A stretch of 24,710 bases of DNA from NCBI RefSeq assembly GCF_006345805.1, contig NW_021836327.1:1-24710 (forward strand), written 5' to 3'. The DNA is from Octopus sinensis (Eukaryota). Under the pieces are notes generated by a model, which made no database searches, was not told the DNA's origin, and saw nothing but the letters and a program-made list of their open reading frames with translations. Shown piece after piece: positions 1 through 11,772 of this stretch; positions within the stretch are counted from its first letter, which is position 1, and each line of letters begins with the position of its first letter. Position numbers and translations under genes: made by a program.

Positions 1-165
1 ACGTTCTGAGTTCAAATTCCACCGAGGTCGCCTTTGCCTTTCATCCTTTCTGGGTCAATAAATTAAGTACCAGTTATGCACTGCGGTCGATGTAATCGAC
101 TTAATCTCTTTGTCTGTCATTGTTTGTCCCTTTTATGTTTAGCCCCTTGTGGGCAATAAAGAAAT
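1..165 (+). mobile_element. tRNA-headed SINE family A, 5' end cut by window edge
   Basis: Matches the body of copies at 20869-21630 (GTTCTGAGTTCAAATTCC B-box region, GGTCGATGTAATCGAC, tail TGTTTAGCCCCTTGTGGGCAATAAAGAAATA); followed by (TA)n/(CATA)n. Confidence 0.9.
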
Positions 166-597
166 ATATATATATATATATATATACATACATACATACA
201 TACATACATACATACACCCAACCACTTATACATATCTTTTGCTATAATGACTATATATGTCACTCGAATACAGAAGTTGTAATGGGTTATTTAATTGATG
301 TATGCATATGTGTATACATATGTAATGCACACATATATAATGCACACATACACACACAGACCCAGCCAGTGATTGGACTACTACGAAATTTTACAAACTA
401 CTAAAAAATAGCACTCAATTTTCATTGAAACTATTTCACATTGTTATAAACATAGAAGCAATTTTAAAACAAATAGCCTTTGCCATAGATAAGGGTTGGA
501 CCACACCGACTGTAAGGTGTCATGGTTGCAACATATGTGTGTTTGTGTATCTGACCATATGATCGTTCTTTCCATATAATCATTTACATATATCTAG

Positions 598-742
598 GAA
601 TATCTGAAAAGAATATTTTACTAAATACTACAGGTATCACATTGATACTGAACAGTTCTGGAGGTGAAAAACCCCCAAGGCGAACCGAAAAGAATAGGAG
701 ACAAAGAAATAAGGCCAAGTGCACTGTGCGATATTCTGACAG
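598..742 (+). other. Candidate exon A of an unidentified host transcript
   Basis: AG at 596-597 (weak pyrimidine tract), donor AG|GTAAAT at 742/743, one open frame GISEKNILL...KCTVRYSD; 3' end ATATTCTGACAG|GTA resembles cassettes B and C. No recognisable protein. Confidence 0.3.
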
Positions 743-749
743 GTAAATA

Positions 750-756
750 TTATCTA

Positions 757-839
<83 letters not shown>

Positions 840-847
840 GTCAGTCA

Positions 848-878
<31 letters not shown>
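750..878. repeat. Compound (TCTG)n/(TATC)n microsatellite
   Basis: Directly visible. Confidence 0.97.
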
Positions 879-881
<3 letters not shown>

Positions 882-904
882 AAATCTGCCTATGTATGTA
901 TATA

Positions 905-1475
905 TGTTTTGATCAATGAGACGAACAGATGGAAGTTACGGTAATTTTATTAATCCTTACAATTGTTTCGACCAATGTAACGTCGATCCCTCACGAATGG
1001 TGTAATTGTCGACATCTTTACGTTAGAGCTAGTATCAGATTTTGTGTTATAAAGTTCATTATAAAAGTTTGTGTGGGTAGATTTCTTAAGCCTGAGTGTA
1101 GAACCATCAATGGCGGCTATAGTCGAACCTAAATTCGGAGTAGTAGAGTACGACACTTTCAGAGAGAATTTGCTAAAAATACGGTAGTATTTATGATTTT
1201 TAGGAAAATTTTCCTTCATTATCTTAAAAAATAATTTGGGCAAACATTTGACCTGAAGAGAAGAGGGCGGGGTAAACCATGGAATTTCACGTTTCCTTGG
1301 CTGAATATCCACTCGTCCGCTGATGAATTTGAAATTCTAATCGAGATAGCCATTACCATACCATTGAGGGATGATCTAGGATGATTAGAAAGAACGTTTA
1401 GTCAATGCAGGGTTTTGGTTTGGTTTTGTATATGGATGGTGGAAATTAGTGTTAAGATTAATATAGTCTCCTTAT
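905..1475 (-). mobile_element. Decayed Penelope-like retroelement fragment (RT thumb/linker plus 3' end)
   Basis: Minus-strand frames read DYINLNTNFHHPYTKPNQNP / NVLSNHPRSSLNGMVMAISIRISNSSADEWIF / RKREIPWFTPP...ENFPKNHKYYRIFSKFSLKVSYSTTPNLGSTI, matching PLE motifs (PYxKPN, SNHP, WFNPP, KVSYS). Frameshifted and internally deleted; no GIY-YIG domain visible. Confidence 0.8.
953..1000 (-). ncRNA. Degenerate type I hammerhead ribozyme relic at the PLE 3' end
   Basis: Minus strand: cgtgagg-GATCG acgttacat TGGTC-GAAA-CAATTG-TA-agg. Stem II, GAAA and palindromic stem III (ACAATTGT) are present; the CUGANGA core is corrupted. Confidence 0.45.
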
Positions 1476-1500
1476 AAAAATATTATATGTAGCATTATGT

Positions 1501-1518
1501 GTATGTGTGTGCGTGCGC

Positions 1519-1549
<31 letters not shown>

Positions 1550-1550
1550 T
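1501..1550. repeat. Alternating purine-pyrimidine tract (GT)n(GC)n(GT)n
   Basis: Directly visible. Confidence 0.95.
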
Positions 1551-2019
1551 ACATATATCAAACTATCTATATATCTAACTGACATCGGCTGTCCGTCGTA
1601 AGTCGATGTTGACGGCTCTTTTCAGAAAAAAGGGCTTCCCATTAAGGCGTTGTCACTGTCCTTGAAAATGGACCCTACGGAAACTTGCACCACTGTGTGA
1701 GACTGCTGATACTTAGAGCCCTGTGTGCAAATCTGTATCATGTTTGTAAAACAATCTTAGCAACATGTTACATTTATTTTTACGAGAAGTTTTTCGCTTG
1801 ATCACTGTCTATTACAAAGTGAAAGTAATAATATTACGACGCAGTTTTATTAAACAAAATGAAAGTAAAATATCACAACGAAAATTATGAATTGCTTTAC
1901 TCTAATTCAATGAATAAATTCATGTGAATCGGTAAAACAGGTATGTAATTGATTTAAAAGGGAAACGTCCTTAAAAGTCTTTGCAAAAATTTACGCAAAA
2001 AGACCAAATCGATAATACG

Positions 2020-2130
2020 TGAGGGTATGGGATAGGATTTAAGGTTAGGATTCAGGATAGGTTTAGGGTTTAGTATTAGAGCCGACGTTACTGCTAAGTT
2101 TTGGAATTAAGGATAGGATTAGGGTTAAGA
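2020..2130 (+). repeat. Degenerate 6-bp TTAGGG/ATAGGA-like repeat
   Basis: gggtatgggataggatttaaggttaggattcaggataggtttagggttt...aaggataggattagggttaag. Confidence 0.7.
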
Positions 2131-2438
2131 TCAAGATGATGTTAAGAAAAATATTGAAAACATTTGTATAAATTGCTAGGGGGTGTATGAATTCAATTTT
2201 TCACGTAGCCAATTTTTTGTATTAGGCAAGTAAACAGTAAATTTTGTCTAATGGTTACTCGGCATGTTTGTATGAAACAGTTTTGTGTGAATTGAAAGCA
2301 AAGTAGATTTTTCGTTTGACTATTTGTTTTTTTAACTATATTCATTGATGTAGTCTGGCAGCCGTTTTGTGTCATGAAATTTTAGTTTAAATGGTTGCTT
2401 TGATATTAGATTTACTTATGTTTATGTCCAAATTTCAG

Positions 2439-2578
2439 AAACCAAATTTATGAAACCAAATTTCGGACATCAAATTTATGAAAACATATTTTTGAAACTA
2501 AATTTATGAAACCAAATTTATGAATCCAACGAAACCAAATTAGGAAACTAATGAAACCACATTTACGAAACCAAATTC
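2439..2578 (+). repeat. Degenerate ~12-14 bp minisatellite GAAACCAAATTT(AT)
   Basis: About ten imperfect copies visible. Confidence 0.85.
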
Positions 2579-2954
2579 AGAGCTTACCAAACACAAACGC
2601 AAGCACACACTTCTTATTTTCGGGGACGGACTACATAGACTGTGATTGCTACACACCTCGAATTAAAGTCGAGGACGAACCACAAATTAAAAAGAAAGCG
2701 CAGATGTAAATCATACACCCTCAGATCAACATACGCTTCGGGAAACAGAAAATGCGCGTATCTTTGTAATTTTGGCTGGTTATACTGGTTATACTCGAGA
2801 TTGCTCCAATCTGGCCAGCACCAAGGAAAAACTAATCTAAGAGCATTAGATTCCTTGGAATCAAGCAGCGAATGTATATAAAAACAAGGACGGAAAAAAA
2901 CGGACAAGGTTACAGAAATAGAGTTGCACAAACAACACCAACTCAACCAGCCCC

Positions 2955-3075
2955 ACAACCGGAAAGGGACAAAGGGCAAAGTAGTTGACCCTGCGGAATA
3001 TGGACACAGGACATAAAGATGGGTGAAATGCCGCTAAGCATTATGTATATCATGCTAACGATTCTATCAGCTGCA
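2955..3075 (-). mobile_element. Old diverged SINE family A fragment
   Basis: Reverse complement agaatcgttagca...atgcttagcggcatttc...tattccgcagggtcaactactttgccc aligns with the family A head at 20885-20975. Confidence 0.7.
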
Positions 3076-3315
3076 GAATACGGATATTAACAACGTTGAA
3101 AAGGTGATTTTTATGAGTGAACATTTCTTGGAGTTTTATGAATACCTGCGTGAATCAGTGCAGGTATACAGGTGTATACATGTATTTGAAAGCACTCACG
3201 TAATGTGTGTATATGTCTCTTTATTACAGAGGTGAAGGCGTGTCTAGTTATTCAACAAATACATATAACAAAACCATATATAGAGATAGATTAATGGATA
3301 CATTTATAGACAGAT

Positions 3316-3402
3316 ATGTATGTATGTATGTATGTAGTATGTATGTATGTATGTATGTATGTATGTATGTATGTATGTATGTGTGTGTGTGTGTGTGTGT
3401 GT
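3316..3402. repeat. (TATG)n(TG)n microsatellite
   Basis: Directly visible. Confidence 0.95.
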
Positions 3403-3618
3403 ATGGTAAACGACTCGATGTAGTTGATCAGTTAGTCTACATACACACATACACAGAAACTGGTATACTTTGCAATCACACACAAATAAAAAGAAAAATC
3501 ACTGGACCGTGTCACCTTTACATAGAAAACAAGGCAGGTACGTGGTGGGGTCCTGTGTATATATACAGACATTTTCCTTCAAAGGTTACAATTGAATGCT
3601 GCATTTACCATTGCACAG

Positions 3619-3723
3619 ACCTCCTCCACAACGCACAATTTGGGGCTTGAGTATATCTCAAAGAGAAACGACAAAGTTAGCAATAGAAAAGGAAGAAAAA
3701 CCTCACGGTGAAATATTCTACAG
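3619..3723 (+). other. Candidate exon B
   Basis: Acceptor catttaccattgcacAG, donor CAG|GTAACC; shares ATCTCAAAGAGA and AAATATTCTA with cassette C. Only one frame is fully open (PPPQRTIW...EIFY); the frame ending TVKYST has three stops. Confidence 0.3.
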
Positions 3724-3737
3724 GTAACCATTACCTT

Positions 3738-3793
<56 letters not shown>
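3738..3793. repeat. (TATC)n microsatellite
   Basis: Directly visible. Confidence 0.97.
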
Positions 3794-3794
<1 letters not shown>

Positions 3795-3924
3795 AAAACA
3801 CCCTAATTTCCTTTGCTTGCATGGGCCAGACAGATTTTGTACGGCCGGAGGTCCTTCCTATCGCTAATCCTCACCTCTTTGTAAGTCACACACACACACA
3901 TATGGATATTCATGTACATACATA

Positions 3925-5080
3925 CATCCTTGCTACATTCACCCATCTTTTGTTGAAGCATTCAGTAGACAAAACGTTCCTCTCTACTCTTACCTTCCTC
4001 TTCAAGTGATACTTGAAGAAGTTGATGAGAGATTCACCAGAGAGGAAAGTGTTTTGTCTCTTGGCCTTTCAGACGCGTCCACCATACACATTCTTTCGCC
4101 ATAGCCACAAGTACGATGAAATTGGCTCTTCCTTCCCGTGACAATATCCACGATAGACTCGGTTGATAAACTGACATACGACAGTAGTCGTTCGACATAG
4201 GTCCACAGGTCGGAAATGTTTGGACATTGGACGATTGCGTGCAGAAGAGTTTTGTCGCTCTGTCCGCATCTCGGCCCCGTGCTTGTCGAGCCATGCCTAT
4301 AGAGTTTATCCCGAACGGGTAGCGCTTCTCGATAGCACTGCCAGGCCAGGGATCTCTGGAAGTTGTTCATAGGTCCCGGCCTGAAAGTCGTCTTCAACAT
4401 GCGGGTCAGGTATTCCTCATCGACATCGGCTCGAGATAGTCGTCGTACCTTCCCTCCACTAATCCCCTATAGAATTCTTTGGTTGTGTTACAGTCGCTCA
4501 AGGTCGACCCGGGACGGCATAGTTGTTCGAGATCAACGCGACACACGCAGTGCCATTCGCCTTTCCTCGGCCTCTTTTTGATCCACGACTGCACCGCGGT
4601 CATGGAGGCGAGCTGCGGGAAAGCGTGCCTCACAAACGGCGACCACACCTGTTCACCGTCGTCTACGTAGAGCCGGAGATGTCGCAGTCTCAGCGCATGA
4701 ATGCGTTCTAGTTTGGTGATGGTAGGGTCGGGACAAGGCACGACGGTCAGGCGGTAGTAGATGATGGACGCGATGTACGTATTCGCCACCACCGCCCAAC
4801 CTTTTAGGGACAGTTTCCTCTCGGCCCATTGCCGGGCGAGAGTGACCACCCTACTCGTTATCTCGTTTCAGTTCTTCTCCATTTGGAGGTCCGGACCGAA
4901 CCAGACCCCGAGCAACTCAACCGGGCCGTCCGTCCAGCGTCCCACGCCGGAGGTGCTGGTGGACGGCATGGGCTTGCTTCTTCAGGTGCCTAGTTGCAAG
5001 TCCACTGACTTTTCCCGGTTGATTTTCGCTCCTGTCACCGCTTCGTAGTCTTTAAGTGTCTCGCCGACCAGCTCCATGTC
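3925..5080 (-). mobile_element. Tx1-clade LINE ORF2 fragment (late RT to C-terminal zinc finger), truncated at both ends
   Basis: Homologous to 10290-11590: GETLKDYEAVTGAK, WAERKLSLKG, ALPVRDKLYRHG...GPRCGQSDKTLLHAIVQC, ECFNKRWVNVARM. Clearly diverged from the full-length copy, so a different subfamily. Confidence 0.93.
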
Positions 5081-5084
5081 AATA

Positions 5085-5202
5085 GATTGATAGAAGGATA
5101 TATAGACAAAAAAGGTTCACATAGAGACAGGCGGGTAGACAGACAGACAGACAGACAGACAGGCAGACAGATGGATAGATAGATAGATAGATAGATAGAT
5201 AG

Positions 5203-5252
<50 letters not shown>

Positions 5253-5300
5253 GCGGGTAGACAACTGACAGACAAAGAAAGAGAGCGACAGAGAGAGAGA
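5085..5300. repeat. Compound (GACA)n/(GATA)n array
   Basis: Directly visible; reads TATC/TGTC on the minus strand. Confidence 0.92.
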
Positions 5301-5664
5301 GATAGGTCATATGCACTATATAAGCTTTTCTGAGAATTGAAACATTTATGGAGTTACGACGAATTTTTCATATCAACTTTATTGGAATTTTACAAGTATG
5401 GGCGTGATTAAAACCTTTGTATACCTGATTGTGTAATCTATATACACTTCGAAAGTGTGTATATATGACTCTTCAATACAGGACTGAATATGTTTATGCT
5501 TATACAACATGTATATGTATGTATGTATACAGCATCCGCTTTCATACACACACATACACACTAGTAATACAGAAAACGAGGCTGCTTTGTGAGGATTGTT
5601 GAGGTGTGTGCATGGGTGTGTGTGGTAGCGCCTCTAAAACATTTTCACTTTTTCTTTATTGCAG

Positions 5665-5773
5665 ATCTCAACTTTACAGCTGACGGTTGTAAGTTCGAAA
5701 GATCTCAAAGAGAGAAGAATATAAACAAAGAAAGCAGAACAATAAGAGCAAGCGTAGTCAAATATTCTAAAAG
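5665..5773 (+). other. Candidate exon C
   Basis: Strong acceptor ttttcactttttctttattgcAG, donor AAG|GTATTA, open frame DLNFTADGCKFERSQREKNINKESRTIRASVVKYSK. Confidence 0.4.
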
Positions 5774-5774
5774 G

Positions 5775-5776
<2 letters not shown>

Positions 5777-5812
<36 letters not shown>

Positions 5813-5813
5813 A

Positions 5814-5912
<99 letters not shown>
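5777..5912. repeat. (TATC)n array, 5' flank of the Tx1 element
   Basis: Directly visible. Confidence 0.97.
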
Positions 5913-6315
5913 AATCGAGATTGACAGATCAGCTGGTAAGTTATTGCTTATTTTAATGTGTTTTTGAAAAAGTTTCGTTTTAATTTTTGCACACGGAGTG
6001 TGTAAGACACTCAGCTTTCGTCTGGGTGTGTTTCCCAGAAGGGATTTTGCCCCTAGGGGCAATTTCAGCCTCGAATATATATCAAAATTTTTGCTGCAAT
6101 AACTTGGTTTTTCATACAATGTCGGCGAAGCGTTTCTCTTAACACCCAGACGCTGTTCCCTCTCGCTCGTTTGCATCCATTGTTTACATTTTACATTGTC
6201 GAAGTTTTTCAACTTTTCAAACGCCCAACTTTCGTTTGAGCCTTTTTTAAATACAGAATTCGCCCCTAGGGGCATTTTCATCAATTTATCTTTATTTTTC
6301 TTGAAAAAAAAAAAT

Positions 6316-8154
6316 AATGTCGAGAAATCTTATCGTAGAAAAATATTCTACGATCTTTTCTAAGATTTTCCTGTTTTGGAAAATACAGTCAACAAAGACG
6401 CTGATAGAAAGAAAGATAAAACTGAAATCAACACCACCAACATAAATGATAGAACTAAAATTGACACAACAACCATTAACAACAACAACAAGAATAACAA
6501 CAACAAAAATGAAATAAATATAATCGACCACAATTTGATTATCTCATCCAATATTAACATGACAAAAGTAACAGTACCTGAAAAAGCTACAACCAAGAAT
6601 AATTCTAATACAACAACAACAAAAACACACAACGACAACAACTGCCAGAATAGAACTGTGAATTTCGCTGACACCCTGCGTCAGAAAAAGAAATTATACA
6701 GTTCACAAATGAAGAGTTGATAGAGACAAGATCACTCTCCACAACCTCAGGGCAAGATTTAATATTACATACACCACAACATATTAAAGAAGAAATAGAA
6801 AAAAGAACAGTTATATATAGAATTATTAGAAAAAACAAAACGAATAAATAACCAAAACGGAAGTAGAAAAATGCGCGATAAAAATAATGAAAATAAAAGA
6901 GTATATAAACTGGGGCCCCCAGTTTAATACAGTGGTAGTCCGCTTCCATAATCAGGAAGAAGCAAAAGCCCACTCGACAGAAACTTTACAAAACGATGAA
7001 CTAATAATGATTCCTTATTACAGAAACCAAAGAGTCAGTAAAATTAAAATAAAAAATGTACCGCCGGAGATACAAAACAAATGGATAACATCGGCGATAT
7101 GTTATCACCTAAAAACAATAAACATTTTGGAAATCACAGTGTTCAAAGATGATAATTGGGGTGGTAAATCGATAGAGGTAACCATTCAAATCAATGGGTC
7201 CTCTATCGAGGACCTACCCAATAACATTCATTTGGAAAATGGGCAAAGCCTATATGTGGTAGCAGAAGGGAAAAAGCCAAGATGCTACAGCTGTGGCAGC
7301 CCAGAACACTTAATTGCGAAGTGCGTTCTGGGACAGAAAAAAAAAAAACAAGAAAGAACAAATCAGAAAACAAATAAAAAAACCTTTGTTACCAACACCA
7401 CCACACCCAATTATGGAACAATGCCAACAAAAACAACAAACCAGCAAACAAACCCCAACAACATCACCAAGAAACGAAACAGCACCAACACAATTACCGT
7501 TGACGTCGCAACCAATTAAAGATGCGAAACCAAAACCAACACCAAAAGACAGACCAACACCAGCACCAAGAACGACAACTAAGAAAACAGAAAACAGTGA
7601 CGAGAAGACAAATTCTACCCCTAACACCACAACAACACTTTCTACAAACATACATATTAACGCAAATGCTTTGCCTTTACTCCCTTCTGGTTCGTCAGAC
7701 TCTTCGTCCAACGACGAAAGTTCGACGGAATGGCAAATAGTCACACAGGGGGTAAAAGGAAAAGATAAAAAAGCCCACCAAACAAGCAAGTAAAGCAGAG
7801 AGATATTTAATTCCTGACAGCCCCCCCTTCCCCTTAGACAATCAAAACATCAATGAACCCGTAAAACCACACACACATCTAACAGCAATAGACACGGACA
7901 ATAAAAAACTAATGGAATACATTGCATCCAATACGAACATCCGTGAAGATGACTTTAAAGTAAATAATCATCCACGCACAACAGCACCGAAACACATAAG
8001 AATTGTACACATAACACAAACACAACACCGCACACTGAAAACCATATTTCCAAATGCGGTAGGCGGGTTTCAAAGATACCTCTCCAAAAAACTATACAAA
8101 CACCTCATCAAATACATTTCAAAAGAAGAAAAAAAACTGAAACTTTCGAAATGA
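6316..8154 (+). pseudogene. Tx1 ORF1 (gag-like RNA-binding protein), frameshifted
   Basis: N/T-rich N-terminus; RRM-like blocks (VVVRFHNQEEA, KIKIKNVPPEI); knuckle CYSCGSPEHLIAKC (C-x2-C-x4-H-x4-C); frameshift in the A-run at ~7337-7350; T/P/K-rich tail. Start and end are approximate. Confidence 0.8.
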
Positions 8155-8228
8155 GTAAGAGACCTTCCCTCTTGCCTCTTGTCACTTTCAATGTAGTGTG
8201 TGAAACACAAATTTCTTAAACATCAATT

Positions 8229-11200
8229 ATGCTTAAATTAGGTTGTGTGAATGCGCGTGGCTTGGCGTCGGCTTGGAAGCAAGTTTACCTTCTAAACGAC
8301 ATCAAGTCACTGAACGTGGATATAGTAGCTATCAGTGAAACCAGACTCAGCAAGCCGCGGGCCCTCGCGTCCATGTTTGACGATCAATTCGACATTTATT
8401 TTTCTCCCTGTCTGCCGAACATGGGTGGTGGAGGTACCGCGGTGCTTTTTCGAAAGAGTCTAAATGTAAAAGTAAGAACAATATTCCTAGACACGGAAGG
8501 TAGGCTGGTTGTCTTGGACGTGGATGGCAGAAATGGGTGTGCATTCCGTCTGATGGCAGTTTATGCACCGTCTTTAACGAGTCGGGCGGATTTCTTCAGA
8601 CGTCTAGAGGTTTTCCTGGGTACGTCTAAACCTTTACTGTTAGTAGGGGATTGGAACGCTACCTTGGACACGCATCTAGACTATGTGGGAATGGATAGGA
8701 ATAGAAGGGGGTGTAAGAGCCTCAAAGACCTGCTCAGACGTTTCCATTTGTCTGACAGATTCCGACTCAACTATCCGAACGCGCCAACGTGGACTTGGAC
8801 AAACCGCGTCGGATCGTCGTGATCTTATCTAGATAGAATTCTATGCAGGACAGCAGATAGGGATAGTGTAGGATGTCCACAATTTAAAATAGTGAGCTAC
8901 ACAGATCACAAATCTGTGACGTGTACGCTCGACTTGGATAAGACACATAGGCAGGGTTCCGGTTACTGGAAACTGAATACGTCGCTCTTAGCGCAACAGG
9001 TTTACAGGAACCGGATTAGCGAGTTAATTAAGAGGGCGTTGGCGGTAGCCGTCGTTAACAACCGCTGGTGGTACGCCCTGTAAATAGCAATAAAATCGGA
9101 ATCAATTAGGTTTAGCAAGGAATTAGCGATAGATCGAAATAGAGTAGAGGGAGACTTGGTTAAGAAACTAGAAGAGGCACTTACCACTGGCAGCGCAACC
9201 AACGTGCTGGCTGCGAGGATGGCCCTCGACCAACACCTCAACGCCAAACACGAAGGTTGCGTCGTCAGAGCAAAAATGCGTGCCTTAATGAACGAAGGGA
9301 TCGAAGCTGCAGGAGAGGCCCGGGTAGTGGAGGCGCAGCGTGGCAACAGAGCCACCATTCGGTCTCTAATTGATCAACAGGGATGCAGTTTACTCGAACC
9401 CGAAAGGATGTGTGAGGCCTTTCAACAGCACTTTGCTCGACTGTTTGGTGCGAGTGGTGGGTCGGAACGCGGAATGAATTTCAGTGCCTACCTGACCGAC
9501 CTGCCGCGGCTCTCGGCAAGAGAAGCGGAGTGTTGTGAAAGGCCTATCACAGCAGCGAGGGATAAGTCGCCTGGATTGGATGGTTTACCCTACGAGCTGT
9601 ATTGTCAAATGCCAGACTTGTTTGGCGACCTCTTGGCATCAGTCTACTGCAACTGGCAACAAAACGGGAGAATCCTCGGTTTCGTGAGCCGAGGTGCAGT
9701 GACGTTGCTGAAGAAAGACCCAAACAAGGGGAATTTTATAGATAATTTCAGGCCCATCTCTCTGCTCAACGCAGATTTGAAAATTTTGGCCAAAGTAATA
9801 GCCGAGAGGTTGACGCTTGTCATTGGTAAACTGGTCGACAGGGCGCAAACATGCGCCGTGCCGGGTAGAACCATACATGACAACCTCCATCTGATGCGCT
9901 ACATTGTGGACAGGGTAGTTAAGGATCCTGGCATGGGTGGGGCGCTGATCAATTTGGATCAGTCTAAAGCCTTCGATAGGGTCGACCATCGGTACTTGGC
10001 GGCCGTCCTCAGGGCGGCTGGCTTCAGTCCTGTCTTCCGCGGTTGGATCGCTGCCTTGTATAGCGGCATCCGATCGGTGATTCGGGTGAACGGTCACTGT
10101 CGAAACCGTTTGACATCACGCGTTCGGTCCGTTAGGGGTGTCCCCTGTCGGCGCTTCTGTATGTATTGACTCTCGAGCCGCTACTGCGGAAGCTGGCGAC
10201 ACTGAGGGGCTTCCCACGGGAACTGGGTTGCGGGACGAGCGTGTCGGCATATGCGGACGATGTCAGCGTCATAGTGTCGAGCGACAAACACATCCAGATG
10301 ATAGGCGAGACACTAAGAAAATACGAAACGGTGACGGGAGCGAAGATTAACCCGGAAAAGTCAGTGGGTTTGCTACTCGGCACCTGGAGAAGCAAGCCCA
10401 TGCCGTCCGACTGCGGCTCAGTAGTGGGACGCTGGACGGACGGACCGGTTAAATTTCTAGGGGTCTGGTTCAGTCCGGACCTCCAAATGGATAAGAACTG
10501 GGACGAGATCACGAGTAGAGTGGTCGCTCTCAGCCAAACATGGGCTGAGAGAAAGCTGTCTCTAAAAGGCCGGGCGGAGGTGGCGAACGCGTACATCGCA
10601 TCCGTCATCGATTACCGCCTGACCGTCGTGCCTTGTCCCGACGCCACCATCACCAAACTGGAACGCATACTCATCCGCTTTCTGTGGAAGGGTGGCGTTC
10701 CGATGGTGAGGAGGTCCATTTGCTGTTAACATCCGTTGAATGGAGGACTGGGCATGCCGTGGCTGATGATGCGCAGGCATGCGCTGAGACTGCGGCATCT
10801 CTGGAATTTCATCGACGACGGTGAACAGGTGTGGGCGCCGTTTGTGAGGCGCGCCTTCCCGCGCAGCTCGTCTCACTGACCGAACTGCAAACGTGGATCA
10901 GGAAGAGAGCGAAACTGGGCGATTGGCTCCGAGAGTGTCGCCAAGCTCTACAGCAGCTCTGCCGACCGGAGTCAAACTTGTGCAACTTACAAACGACTAA
11001 AGCGTTCTATAGAGGACTAGTGGAGGGGAGGTCCGACGACACACTCGGAGCAAACCTGGGCGTCGACGAGAAATTCCTAACCCGCCTGTTCAGGACGACG
11101 TTCGGGCCGGGGCCTATGGATAACTTCCAGAAATCCCTGGCTTGGCAGTGCTATCGAGACGCACTACCTGTTCGAGAGAAGAGCTACAGACACGGTTCGA

Positions 11201-11628
11201 AAACCATCACCGGACCGATCTGCCCGAGATGCGGTCAGAGCGATGAAACCGTTCAGCACGCACTCGTGCAGTGTCCAGATATTTCAGAGCTGTGGACCTT
11301 CGTCGAAATGCTGTAGGTCGGGCCCGCCTATCGGCCGAGTCTATCGTGAATATTGTTCCACCACCTTCCTTTAAACGGGAAGGGACAACGGTTTTCGTTA
11401 CGCTGATGGCTATGGCGAAAGAATGTGTGTGGTGGACGCGTTTGAAAGGACTGCAAACAAACACCTTCCTCTCTGGTCAGTCTTTCGTCAACTTTTTCAA
11501 GTACCACTTGAAAAGGAGGATGAGAATAGAGAGGAGGCTTTGTCGAACGAATGTTTTAATAAAAAGTGGGTAAAAGTGGCAAAATGGTCAGTATGAAAGA
11601 CGACACTATTTTAAGCATAAATCTGTAA
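8229..11628 (+). pseudogene. Tx1 ORF2: AP endonuclease, reverse transcriptase and C-terminal zinc finger; stops and frameshifts
   Basis: APE motifs NARGL, AISETR, VYAP, LVGDWN, SYLDRI, TDH; RT motifs KSPGLDG, FRPISLLNADLKILAK, LDQSKAFDRV, AYADD, KFLGV; zinc finger CPRCGQSDETVQHALVQC. In-frame stops at ~8820, ~9081 and ~10727. Confidence 0.96.
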
Positions 11629-11772
11629 CCAAGAGACAACGAGGGTAAGCGACTTACTCATGTGTTCTTTTTCGAATTGTCTGAGGTGACCTTGGTCATT
11701 TTTGTAGGTTTTTCTTTCCAAGGCTACACCTAAACTGTGAACATTATATAATATAATATATATATATATATT

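Noticed and set aside
120-404. ORFs over microsatellites (also 664-912, 3207-3650, 5035-5316, 13515-13703, 15763-16234, 18161-18382, 21664-22005)
   Set aside because: Translations (YIYI, SIYL, CVCV, poly-H/Y/I/M) are stop-free products of simple repeats.
929-1132. Plus-strand ORF with EWCNCR and a signal-peptide-like start
   Set aside because: Antisense to the PLE relic, whose motifs are on the minus strand.
1320-1345. CTGATGA...GAAA as another hammerhead
   Set aside because: Only 4 nt separate the core from GAAA, with no stem II, III or I; it is antisense PLE coding sequence.
2020-2130. True interstitial telomere or chromosome fusion site
   Set aside because: Too degenerate and short, with no head-to-head TTAGGG/CCCTAA arrangement.
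2614-2979. Overlapping ORFs on both strands
   Set aside because: No recognisable domain or convincing splice context.
3794-3880. Fragment of a further SINE-like repeat on the minus strand (gcgataggaaggacctccggccgtacaaaatc)
   Set aside because: Looks familiar from memory, but there is no second copy in the window to support a call.
9002-11464. Several minus-strand ORFs of 79-158 aa within the LINE (and plus-strand ORFs in 4363-5048)
   Set aside because: Antisense shadows of GC-rich Tx1 ORF2.
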